From Octopus bimaculoides (lineage: Eukaryota), in the NCBI RefSeq assembly GCF_001194135.2, contig NC_068983.1, positions 147,040,195-147,082,573 on the forward strand: a stretch of 42,379 bases of DNA, read 5' to 3'. Below, one piece after another: positions 1 through 9,372 of this stretch (its first letter is position 1; each line of letters begins with the position of its first letter). The notes under the pieces are model-generated. The model had not been told where the DNA came from. It searched no databases and saw only the letters and a program-made list of their open reading frames with translations. A program made the position numbers and the translations under genes.

Positions 1-21
1 AGCATTGTATATAGCAATTTC

Positions 22-42
22 ATCATCATCATCATCATCATG

Positions 43-96
<54 letters not shown>
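22..96. repeat. Compound (CAT)n(ATT)n microsatellite
   Basis: Direct reading of tandem trinucleotides. Confidence 0.95.
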
Positions 97-640
97 GAGT
101 GAGAGAGCAGTGACACTGGGGTAAAATATATGAAGCCCATTATACCCATCATGACTACCCGTCTGATAAGGGTACACCAGGCACATGCATCACAACCATA
201 TGTGGGTGACATGATGTTCTCATATCAAGATAAACAGCGCATGACCTTGCAGGTGGGGTTCAGTTAGAATTTTCATCAGGTCGAGCAGCCCATGCCGCTT
301 AAAAGGTCCCTGAATAAGGTTTGTTTAAGGATGTTGAGCAAAACACCCATGTTTCCAAAGGTGAATTATTCAAACCCTAAAGAATTCCTCTCAACACATG
401 GCTATGATGTTCCCCCACTACTTCTGTTCAGGATCAGAGATGCACATATCGTCAGCCACCAAGGAACATGCTCAACTGATTAAGGTCAAACAACTGACAA
501 GCAAATCTGCGGTATTAAGCAGAATATTTGCTGTAACCCATCTTTTATACCAAGACAAAACATCGTACATGATAACACTTCCAATCGATTAAGATCAGAA
601 GCCATGAGAGCCACTGTCTGGTACTGCATCCGGGCATTTA
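97..640. mobile_element. ~540-bp non-coding dispersed repeat flanked by TTA/TAA tracts, copy 1 of 3 (orientation uncertain)
   Basis: Closely similar to 30150-30560 and 31909-32372 (e.g. ATCATGACTACCCGTCTGATAAGGG, GCAAATCTGYGGTATTAAGCAGAATATTTGC); (ATT)n on both sides; no recognisable protein. Confidence 0.8.
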
Positions 641-744
641 TTATTATCATTATTATTATTATTATTATTATTATGATATATATATAGTGATATATATGTA
701 TGTTTGTATATTATAAATCAGTTTATGAATATCTAACCATTACT

Positions 745-1000
745 CCACATTTAGACATCAATAAACACAACAGTATTAGGCTTAGTAAATTAATTTGGTC
801 TCTAAAGGAACATAATAAACAATTTGGTCTGGAATGGAATAGTCTATCTAGATCCTTTCCCTATGATAAAGGTAAATCCTTTTGTGTCTGCTCTGTACTG
901 AAGGACAGTATTTCATTCTGTTCTTGGAGAATTCTCTTATAAATATGTTTGAAGAACACGTTTATCATTGCAAACATTGGCAAAAACATACCTTTAGTTC
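745..1000 (+). mobile_element. Decayed PLE GIY-YIG C-terminal fragment (same type as 4500-5299)
   Basis: RLSKLIWSLKEHNKQFGLEWNSLSRSFPYDKGKSFCVCSVLK parallels TLAKYVWSLKESATEYSIK*K...KPY...CRLCLVEK at 5040-5180. Confidence 0.6.
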
Positions 1001-1410
1001 CTATAAATAGTTTCTATCAATCTATAAAATACGACTTTTGACTGTCTTCTTACATTTCGTTTCCACTACATATATCTTTTTACATGCCTTTAAGCTTTAT
1101 TTCCACTCATCTATTGCACTATATTTTTCCACTCTTAATTTTCTGCTAATTTCTTTCTTTGTTCTCCTTCTCTTTCTCTAAATTGCCTTTGATGTTAAAT
1201 CACTTAACAGTTTTTTTAAAAGATAACTTGCTAGCATTCCCTTCATCATATACGTGGTATTCACATTTGGTTGAAATGGCTTATTGATGTTTTTTGTTTC
1301 TCTTTTCTCTCTGATGAGATGATTACATTGTTTTACATCATTTTATTTCCTCAGAAATACTACTCATGTTTACTTCGAAACATATGTCGGAATTATAAAG
1401 ACTTGAATAA

Positions 1411-1968
1411 CACTTCCGTTGACAGGGCCATTAGGGAAAAACAGACATGGAAGGACTGGAACTGTTGTGGGAGCAAGGAACTGTATCAGATCGTCAGAAG
1501 GGAAGTTAAGAGACAAAGGATGCTGCAAAGAGAGAGACTCGGAGACGTCACTATGGAAGATTACTGAATGAAGAGAATGAATGGGAGAGAGACTCGGAGA
1601 CGTCACTATGGAAGATTACTGAATGAAGAGAATGAATGGGAGAGAGAGAGAGTCTGCCAAATGTCGACCCAACAGAGGAACTAGCTATTCGAATTGTCAG
1701 TACCTTTGTAGATAAAGTAATTAAGGGTATGAAAACAGGGAGAGACCCCGGCCCATCAGGAATCACTGCTGAGATGCTTAAAATAACAGGTGGTATCGGC
1801 TATAATCTAGTCATCCATATAGTCAATCAGATAATGGTGGAATCATCTCCAATGAGTGGTGTAGCAGCATCATAGTCAACTGCTACATGGGTAAAGGTGA
1901 CGCATTTGATAGGAATAATTACAGAGGTATGAAATTGTTGGATCAAGTAATGAAAGTTACAGAATGTA
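1411..1968 (+). mobile_element. RTE-clade LINE ORF fragment (linker to RT start), with frameshifts
   Basis: RRHYGRLLNEENEW; GMKTGRDPGPSGITAEMLK; GKGDAFDRNNYRGMKLLDQVMKV (RT motifs 0-1). Confidence 0.85.
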
Positions 1969-2597
1969 GTCATCTTTCATTCGAACATGTCCTACGCATC
2001 TGCATTGAATTCTGGGCTACGTGTTTTTGATACTAGAGATATCACATTTTACCAAGATTTTGAAATTTGATATCGTATCATGCCATTTAATGTTGCAGAT
2101 ACTGCGCAGACAGCACTCGTGAATGTTTCTTTATATGTCTGTAGTAGGGAGTCCATGTTTCTGCCCCATACAAAAGTGTGCTCAAAATACAAGATTTGTA
2201 AATATTTTAATTTTCAGATTGATACCGTCTTCATCCCACAAACGATGGGAAACTTTTCCAAAAACACTTAAAGTTTACTGTATTTCCAAGATATTTAAAT
2301 GACCTGACACATTTTAGCGGGTTATTGCCATCACATTTGGGGTATTCATCACATTTGAATCTTGAGTATACTCTGCCCCAGGCTTTGGTTGGGAAAAAAA
2401 CTTCAGTTTTCTTGATGTTGATAGTTGGTCTAAATGCACGAGCTGCTGTAGCAAACTTGTCGACTATTTCCTGAATTCTCTCAAATGTATATGAAAAATC
2501 AAAGCGCAATCATCACGTAGACTCGCTTCCTTGGTTTTCTTCTTTGGTTTCAAGCTTCCCCTTTAGGTTTAGTAAACCTCCTTTTGTGCGGAACTGA
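1963..2597 (-). mobile_element. RTE-BovB-like LINE RT 3' part
   Basis: FRTKGGLLNL; frameshifted Y(A)DDCAL at ~2500-2520; INIKKTEV; FKYLG; LLYGAETWT. Confidence 0.85.
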
Positions 2598-2766
2598 AAT
2601 TTTTGTGCTGAGAGAGGCGGAATTGACATGATTTTTGCTCTTCGCCAAGTTCAAGAAAATACTCGTAAGCAAAATATTGATTTGTACACGATCTTTGTCG
2701 ATTTAACCAAGGCCTTTGATACAGAGAATCGTGAGGTGCACTGGAAAATTTTCTCAAAAATTGGTC
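2597..2766 (+). mobile_element. RTE-BovB-like RT motifs 2-3, inverted relative to the adjacent fragment
   Basis: DMIFALRQVQEN...DLYTIFVDLTKAFDTENREVHWKIFSKIG. Confidence 0.85.
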
Positions 2767-2776
2767 TTTTAAGGAT

Positions 2777-2968
2777 TAGGCGCAGGAGTAGCTGTGTGGT
2801 AAGTAGCTTGCTAACCAACCACATGGTCCCGGGTTCAGTCCCACTGCGTGGCACCTTGGGCGAGTGTCTTCTACTATAGCTTCGGGCCGACCAAAGCCTT
2901 GTAAGTGGATTTGGTAGACGGAAACTGAAAGAAGCCCGTCGTATATATGTATATATATATATATATAT
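2777..2968 (+). mobile_element. tRNA-derived SINE family A head, running into a TA repeat and a gap
   Basis: A-box-like TAGCTGTGTGG and B-box-like GGGTTCAGTCCC; matches copies at 6018, 14900, 28529 and 42150. Confidence 0.9.
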
Positions 2969-3812
2969 NNNNNNNNNNNNNNNNNNNNNNNNNNNNNNNN
3001 NNNNNNNNNNNNNNNNNNNNNNNNNNNNNNNNNNNNNNNNNNNNNNNNNNNNNNNNNNNNNNNNNNNNNNNNNNNNNNNNNNNNNNNNNNNNNNNNNNNN
3101 NNNNNNNNNNNNNNNNNNNNNNNNNNNNNNNNNNNNNNNNNNNNNNNNNNNNNNNNNNNNNNNNNNNNNNNNNNNNNNNNNNNNNNNNNNNNNNNNNNNN
3201 NNNNNNNNNNNNNNNNNNNNNNNNNNNNNNNNNNNNNNNNNNNNNNNNNNNNNNNNNNNNNNNNNNNNNNNNNNNNNNNNNNNNNNNNNNNNNNNNNNNN
3301 NNNNNNNNNNNNNNNNNNNNNNNNNNNNNNNNNNNNNNNNNNNNNNNNNNNNNNNNNNNNNNNNNNNNNNNNNNNNNNNNNNNNNNNNNNNNNNNNNNNN
3401 NNNNNNNNNNNNNNNNNNNNNNNNNNNNNNNNNNNNNNNNNNNNNNNNNNNNNNNNNNNNNNNNNNNNNNNNNNNNNNNNNNNNNNNNNNNNNNNNNNNN
3501 NNNNNNNNNNNNNNNNNNNNNNNNNNNNNNNNNNNNNNNNNNNNNNNNNNNNNNNNNNNNNNNNNNNNNNNNNNNNNNNNNNNNNNNNNNNNNNNNNNNN
3601 NNNNNNNNNNNNNNNNNNNNNNNNNNNNNNNNNNNNNNNNNNNNNNNNNNNNNNNNNNNNNNNNNNNNNNNNNNNNNNNNNNNNNNNNNNNNNNNNNNNN
3701 NNNNNNNNNNNNNNNNNNNNNNNNNNNNNNNNNNNNNNNNNNNNNNNNNNNNNNNNNNNNNNNNNNNNNNNNNNNNNNNNNNNNNNNNNNNNNNNNNNNN
3801 NNNNNNNNNNNN
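2969..3812. other. Assembly gap (N run)
   Basis: Ns. Confidence 1.
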
Positions 3813-3904
3813 TATATATACATACATACACACATATAGATACATACACACACATATTTGCGTATACATACCTCAATGCATACATACGAACACACACACA
3901 AACA

Positions 3905-4125
3905 TTCTTTCTTTTATTCTTGTACTTGTTTCAGAAGTGCGGCGATGCAGGAACATCGCCTTAAAGGGTTTTAGTCGAACAAATCTACTACAGGACAGTT
4001 CTTTAAGTGTAATAGCTATTCTATCGGTTACTTTGCCGAACTGCTAAGTTACGGGGCCGTAAACACACTGACACCAATTGTGAAATGATGGTGGGGGGAC
4101 CAATACAGGCACATAGATACATGCA
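3905..4125 (-). mobile_element. SINE family A/B composite, 3' (B) part
   Basis: Similar to 14633-14850 and to the reverse complement of 29010-29225 (TACTTGTTTCAG...CTATCGG...GCTAAGTTACGGGG). Confidence 0.8.
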
Positions 4126-4132
4126 CATGCAT

Positions 4133-4197
<65 letters not shown>

Positions 4198-4299
4198 CGC
4201 GTGAGGCGCCTAAGAGACCGTAAGTCAGGGCAAAGATGCACTCGTATATCTGTCAATAGAGTGGGTATCCGAAATGTATAGTATTAAATATCCATTACG

Positions 4300-4388
4300 G
4301 GTGGTCTTATGAATCAGTTTCGTACAAAGAATACAATGGAGTGTTAGGTAACAATCCGGTTATATAACTTTACGTTCATCAGAGTTAG
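4300..4388 (-). ncRNA. Degenerate hammerhead ribozyme in the inverted pLTR
   Basis: CTGATGA (4382-4376) and GAAA (4321-4318) are present; stems II and III are disrupted relative to the copy at 5873. Confidence 0.55.
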
Positions 4389-5872
4389 CCGATATGGAGG
4401 GGAATATGGCGACTATTTTCTGTTGTCGGAGGTGGATTAGCACAACCGGTCAGCGGTTGCTGTGGAAAAGGTGGTGAAACGAAAAATCATGCCATCCAGT
4501 CAGCAGGAGAATTTCCAGCTTGTCTTCAAGATCTTTGATGCTGCCGCCCCGTACTACAACCGGGCTTTGGCAGCCAGCGATTTCAGCGGTTTCAGACCCT
4601 AGCCCTCTACTCCCAAGAGAAAGTGCCACCGGAAAGTACTGTGATTCACACCGCTAATCTCCTTATACGTTGATACCAGAGTAGGTAAGATCTTCCTTAG
4701 TTTAGTTGATATACACTTCTCCCGAACCAATAGATTCAACAAAATATTTAATAGACATACCCTGAGATTATTCTTTAGCTGTGCACCTATTGTAAAAAAG
4801 ATTTTAGTAAGTAGACCCAGACCCGAGGCTGAGGCAGGATGCCCATGCAAAGGTAACACAACTTGTCCATTAAACGGCCATTGCAATACGGAATCAGTTA
4901 TTTACGAAGCAGAAGTAACAGCAACAGGACCTAATGGACAACCGAGCGTGCGGAAGTATGTAGAGACAACGGAAAGCGCCTTCAGAACCCGCTTTATTGA
5001 CCACAAGTCTTCATTCAACATCCCAGAGAGACGTAACGCCACAACGCTAGCCAAGTACGTCTGGAGTTTGAAAGAAAGCGCCACGGAGTACAGCATAAAG
5101 TAGAAAATCCAAGATCCTAGAAAGATGCAAACCGTACTTTAATAGCAACAAGAAGTGCAGATTATGCCTGGTTGAAAAGAGAGTGATTTTAAAAGGCACC
5201 CAACGCCCGGATGTTTACCTGAATGGCAGGAGTGAGACGTTTAATCCTTGCCCGCACGAAAGGAAGTACATGCTATCGTATCTGCGCGCCCCACCATGAC
5301 TACAGCCACAGGTCCCCTGCCTCGACCGTCCACAAACGACTAATGCCCTTGGGCCCGGAAAAAAAAAGTTTGATCAAAGCACACACCAAGGCACGCATGT
5401 AACACACACCCCTATAAGGTGGATACCCCATAATATAAACTGTATTTCCCGCAACACATACCGCTTCACGCTAATTGTACCCCTACATATACACAGATCC
5501 GATACACTTACACATTACACACTGCACAATAACATAACGCCCTCACCCACGACTTTATCTTTTTTCAAACAGAACACAAACCAAAGAACACAGCTATATA
5601 TACCTACACTCCAGAAAAAATTATACATATGACATCGCTACACATACCACACGCCCCATCCCCATAGGAACACCACATTAATAATACACACTTTCCCCAC
5701 TTCAAGGTAACTATTGCCCGCTTCACAGCATACCCAGCCAAGAGACATAACCCCTAAACTAATCCTCTGGTCCCTTTTTCGTTCCACCACCTTTTTCACA
5801 GCAACCACTGACCGGTTGTGCTAATCCACCTCCGACAATAGAGAGCAATCACCATATTCCTTTCCATATCCG

Positions 5873-5958
5873 CTAACTCTGATGAGCGTAAAGTTATATA
5901 ATCGGTTTGTTACCTAACACTCCATTGTATTCTTTACCCGAAACCGATTGGTAAGACT
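5873..5958 (+). ncRNA. Type I hammerhead ribozyme with extended stem II
   Basis: CTGATGA 5879-5885; stem II GCGTAAAG/CTTTACCC (7/8 bp); GAAA 5940-5943; stem III ACC-gatt-GGT; GUA cleavage triplet 5951-5953; stem I only CT/AG. Confidence 0.7.
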
Positions 5959-6017
5959 AACCGTGATGGATATTTAATACTATACATTTCGGATAATACA
6001 CACACACACACACACAC

Positions 6018-6174
6018 ACGACGAGCTTCTTTCAGTTTCCATCTGTCAATTCCACTCACAAAGCTTTGGTCGACCCAAGGCTACAGCAGAAGACACTTGC
6101 TCTACGTGCCACGCAGTGGGACTGATCGCATTACCATGTGGCTGGGAAGCAAGCTTCTTACCAAACAGCCACGC
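6018..6174 (-). mobile_element. SINE family A head (probable 5' half of the SINE split by the PLE)
   Basis: Reverse complement of the family A head; same orientation as the B part at 3905-4125. Confidence 0.85.
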
Positions 6175-6224
6175 ATATTCATATATATATATATATATAT
6201 ATGTATATCTAGCTATCTGCATAT

Positions 6225-6278
6225 NNNNNNNNNNNNNNNNNNNNNNNNNNNNNNNNNNNNNNNNNNNNNNNNNNNNNN
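6225..6278. other. Assembly gap (N run)
   Basis: Ns; the same flanking sequence appears on both sides. Confidence 1.
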
Positions 6279-6307
6279 AGCTTCTTACCAAACAGCCACG
6301 CATATTC

Positions 6308-6340
<33 letters not shown>

Positions 6341-6360
6341 CATACATAGACACCCACTAC

Positions 6361-6690
6361 CTACTTTTCTACCTTCTACTTGTTTCAGATATTAGACTGC
6401 TGTCATTCGGGGGCGGTGCCTTGAAGAGTTTTGTTGAAGAAATCAACCTCATCACTTATTTTAAAGATTGGTACTTATTCTATCGGTCATTTTTTGCTAA
6501 CCTCTGAGTTACGAGTTACGGAGATGTAAATAAACCAATGTCGGTTGTCGAGCATTAACAACACAAACATACAGATACATGCACACGCACACACATTCGC
6601 ACACATATATAACGGTCTTCTTTCAGTTTGCATCTAACAAATCCACTCACTTTGGTCGGCCGGGCTATAGTTGAAGACACTTGCAACGAT
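6361..6690 (-). mobile_element. Diverged SINE A/B composite, 5'-truncated
   Basis: B tail, internal CA repeat and A-part 3' end (TTCTTTCAGTTT...CCACTCAC..GAAGACACTTGC). Confidence 0.75.
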
Positions 6691-7009
6691 ACTGCACGTG
6701 AAAGAAAATAAATGTTTGCCATGGATCCTCTTGGGTTCATAGAGGGAGAGTTGTAATGGAATGGTAGCTTCTTCCCATCTTCTCCGTTTCACACTTTAAT
6801 TCTTCTTCTCTCTCACGCAAACACCCACATGCCCACACATATACACATCCTTCTCAGGATGGGTATTATCACGTATATTATTGTATGCTTTGTGTAAGAA
6901 CATTCAATACCAACTTTTAATGTTTAAAGGTAAGTTTAACATTTGGCTTGTTCTCTTTCATGTAGTTCTACTGAACAAAATTTTAGCACCAGGTAAGAAC
7001 TGCTACCTC

Positions 7010-7248
7010 GGTTAGTATATGTATGTGTATGTATATGAATCTCTCTCTATATATGTGTATATTTGTATATGTCTGTGTATCATGTATGTATGCGTGTGTG
7101 TATGTGTGAGTGTAGGTATATATGCATACATACGCATATATACACAAATAAATGATAGGCACAACATGACCAAATGGCTTAAGAAGTTTACTTTACAATC
7201 AGGATGTCTTCGTTTCGATGCTCTAACAATCCTGCATAATATGTGTGT

Positions 7249-7303
<55 letters not shown>

Positions 7304-7325
7304 CATACACATGCATATGCATGCA
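7010..7325. repeat. (TG)n/(TA)n microsatellite-rich tract
   Basis: Direct reading; a long (TG)n run lies at ~7241-7300. Confidence 0.9.
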
Positions 7326-7924
7326 TGTGGTTTATTGCATCTGTCTGTTGATGTAAATGAACCAACAATGTTAATGTTCACTATTCTGAGAAATATTCAA
7401 TTTTGCACGAGACATTATTGAATATCATATAGTAAAAAAGAAATGGCATCTATCTATACTTACGTTGAGCTTGTCCAAATGCAGTTAAAGCCGCAAGTAC
7501 TAATAATGTCAGATAGGTACGACGAGAGTGACAAGGATATGTCTTCATCTTCGTCATCTGTAAATAAATAGATTATAATTTATGACATATCATTGACAAA
7601 ACAGTTACCTCTGCAGGTTAGTTGTAAATGTGTTAGTACTGTTCAAAGTGTTGCTAGTCCAGATAAAGCATAGAACATTATGATGATGGGGATGATATTC
7701 ATCATAATGATGAGAAATTTGCTAGTGGTGGTGATACAACTGGTAATCGTGACATGGATTTATATATGCATACATATACAGTGATTTTCCTGTTACCTGA
7801 AGAGTGCAAATAACTATGAAATATATACGGAGTTTTGCATTTTGTCAGATTAAAAATAATATCGGTCATCAACTACTATTACTTTTGGCATATCTAGCCT
7901 AACTGGCTATCTAAAGTCATACAT

Positions 7925-8357
7925 GTGATATATTTTCCACTCCAAACAGATCAGGTGTTAGAACGTAACAGACCAGACCTAGTGGTGGTCGACAAGATGC
8001 ACCACATGTGCTATGTAGTTGATGCTGCATGCCCCCTTGACCCACGGATAGTCAAGAAGGAAGGCGAAAAAATAGATAAATACAACACTCCTAGGTGCGA
8101 AATAGCCCTGCTATGGAAAATGGAAAAGATGAAGATAATGCCAATTATTGTTGAGTCCTTGGGGACAGTATCAGAAGGCATATCCAGAGGAAGATAAAGG
8201 AAATAGATAAAGGATAGAACTGTTACAAAATGTTTGCTTCAATGGCACGGCCAGAATAATCAGTAAAGTACTTGATGGCTGAAAAGAAGAGATAGCAGAG
8301 TACCGTAGGCTGCAGGGTACTGTAGGCTGCCTATAACGCATGCAAGACTCCAGGAAG
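7925..8357 (+). mobile_element. R4/Dong-like LINE (family 2) RLE endonuclease and 3' end
   Basis: LQTD..RNRPDLVVVDK...VVDAACPLD.RIVKKEGEKIDKY...IMPIIV.SLG (PD-(D/E)xK type); followed by (TAA)n. Confidence 0.85.
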
Positions 8358-8385
8358 TAATAATAATAATAATAATAATAATAAT

Positions 8386-8508
8386 CTTTTCTACTCTAGG
8401 CACAAGGCCCAAAATTTTGAGGGAAGGGGGCCTGTCGATTAGATCGACCTCCGTACGTAACTGGTACATAATTTATCGACCCCGAAAGGATGAAAGGCAA
8501 AATTGACG
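8386..8508 (-). mobile_element. SINE family C 3' part
   Basis: Reverse complement of CCTTTCATCCTTTCGGGGTCGATAAAT...GGCCTTGTGCCTAGAGTAGAAAAG. Confidence 0.85.
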
Positions 8509-8532
8509 TATAATAATAATAATAATAATAAT

Positions 8533-9310
8533 AAAGAAATAGACAAAGCAAAACACCAACAATCGCTGAGAAGCTCAAGACTCAAAGCAGAGACTAAAGA
8601 ATTTTTAATTGTAGCACAAGACCAAAGCCTTCCCACCAGAAATTACCAAAAACATGTCATGAAAAGAAACATAACAAGTAACTGCAGAATATGTGGAGAT
8701 GGACAAAAAACAATAAATCATATTGTTTCTGGCTGCCCAGTCCTCGTTAAGAAGGAATATATTCACAGATACAACAGAGTTGGGACTTATATACACTGGA
8801 TAGTATAGGCACACACCAGAAAAGGTCACAGAAAATGAGAAAGCAACCATACTATGGGATATGCTAATACACACAGATAGAGAAATTAAGGCCAATAAGC
8901 CGAATATAGTTGTCAGAGATAATGAAGAAAAAAATGCTTTCTAATCGATGTATCAATACCAACAGATGACAACGTTTCTCTAAAAGAAACGGAGAAACTT
9001 TCAAAATACAAAGACCTGAAAATAGAGGTAAATCGAATGTGGAGTCTAAAAACAGAAACAATTCCTTTCATAAGGCGCATTAGATATGATAAAAAATATT
9101 CAGGCAAATACATAACAAAAACACCAAGACTTACAAATGTATATAACATACAGAAAATGGCACTACTAGGAACCGCACGCATCCTACGTAAAACACTTTT
9201 AATACAGTAACAGCAAGAGCATCACAACAAACCACAGCACATACCCAAGGCACACAGCGCTGCGCTTGGTAGTGCTGTGAAAGCACGTGATAAAAATAAG
9301 ACTACTGAAT
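8533..9310 (+). mobile_element. R4/Dong-like LINE (family 1) 3' fragment: CCHC knuckle, RLE and 3' UTR
   Basis: LKAETKEFLIVAQDQSLPTRNY..CRICG...INHIVSGC..RYNRVGTYIHW; LIDVSIPTDDN..KETEKLSKYKDL; TAA tracts on both sides. Confidence 0.9.
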
Positions 9311-9372
9311 AAAAATAATGATAATAATGATGATGATGATAATGATAATGATGATGATGATGATGGTGATGA
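9310..9372. repeat. (GAT/AAT)n microsatellite between two LINE 3' ends
   Basis: Direct reading. Confidence 0.9.

Larger units (their letters stand above)
4199..5995 (+). mobile_element. 5'-truncated Penelope-like element (C-terminal GIY-YIG) bounded by ~220-bp inverted pseudo-LTRs
   Basis: Pseudo-ORF 4500-5299: APYYNRAL..RVGKIFLSLVDIHF..KIFNRHTL..CPCK...CPLNGHC..VIYEAEV..KYV.TTE..FRTRFIDHKSSF..CRLCL..CPH, with stops and frameshifts. Inverted repeat 4266-4486 / 5775-5995. Subclade not assigned. Confidence 0.85.

Noticed and set aside
2651-4047. Long ORFs of 331-416 aa in the ORF track
   Set aside because: They are artefacts of reading through the N gap and TA/CA repeats; the same applies to the ORFs at 6046-6507 and 31061-31736.
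4642-5103. In-frame TGA (4642) in the PLE ORF as possible selenocysteine recoding
   Set aside because: It falls at an expected Trp position, a TAG at 5101 replaces another Trp, frameshifts are present, and the endonuclease is C-terminal; ordinary decay explains it.
6152-6327. Direct repeat AGCTTCTTACCAAACAGCCACGCATATTC(AT)n on both sides of the 54-N gap
   Set aside because: Identical sequence at both gap edges most likely reflects unmerged overlapping contig ends.
7012-7368. CV-, HT- and IY-rich ORFs here and at 21279, 21666, 27812 and 28892
   Set aside because: They are translations of dinucleotide microsatellites.
7674-7745. Acidic peptide HYDDGDDIHHNDEK as a possible host exon
   Set aside because: No polypyrimidine acceptor; it is explained by a GAT-rich low-complexity tract.
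7797-7830. CTGAAGA...GAAA hammerhead-like motif
   Set aside because: Stem II and the cleavage triplet/stem I register do not pair; at best a decayed relic.
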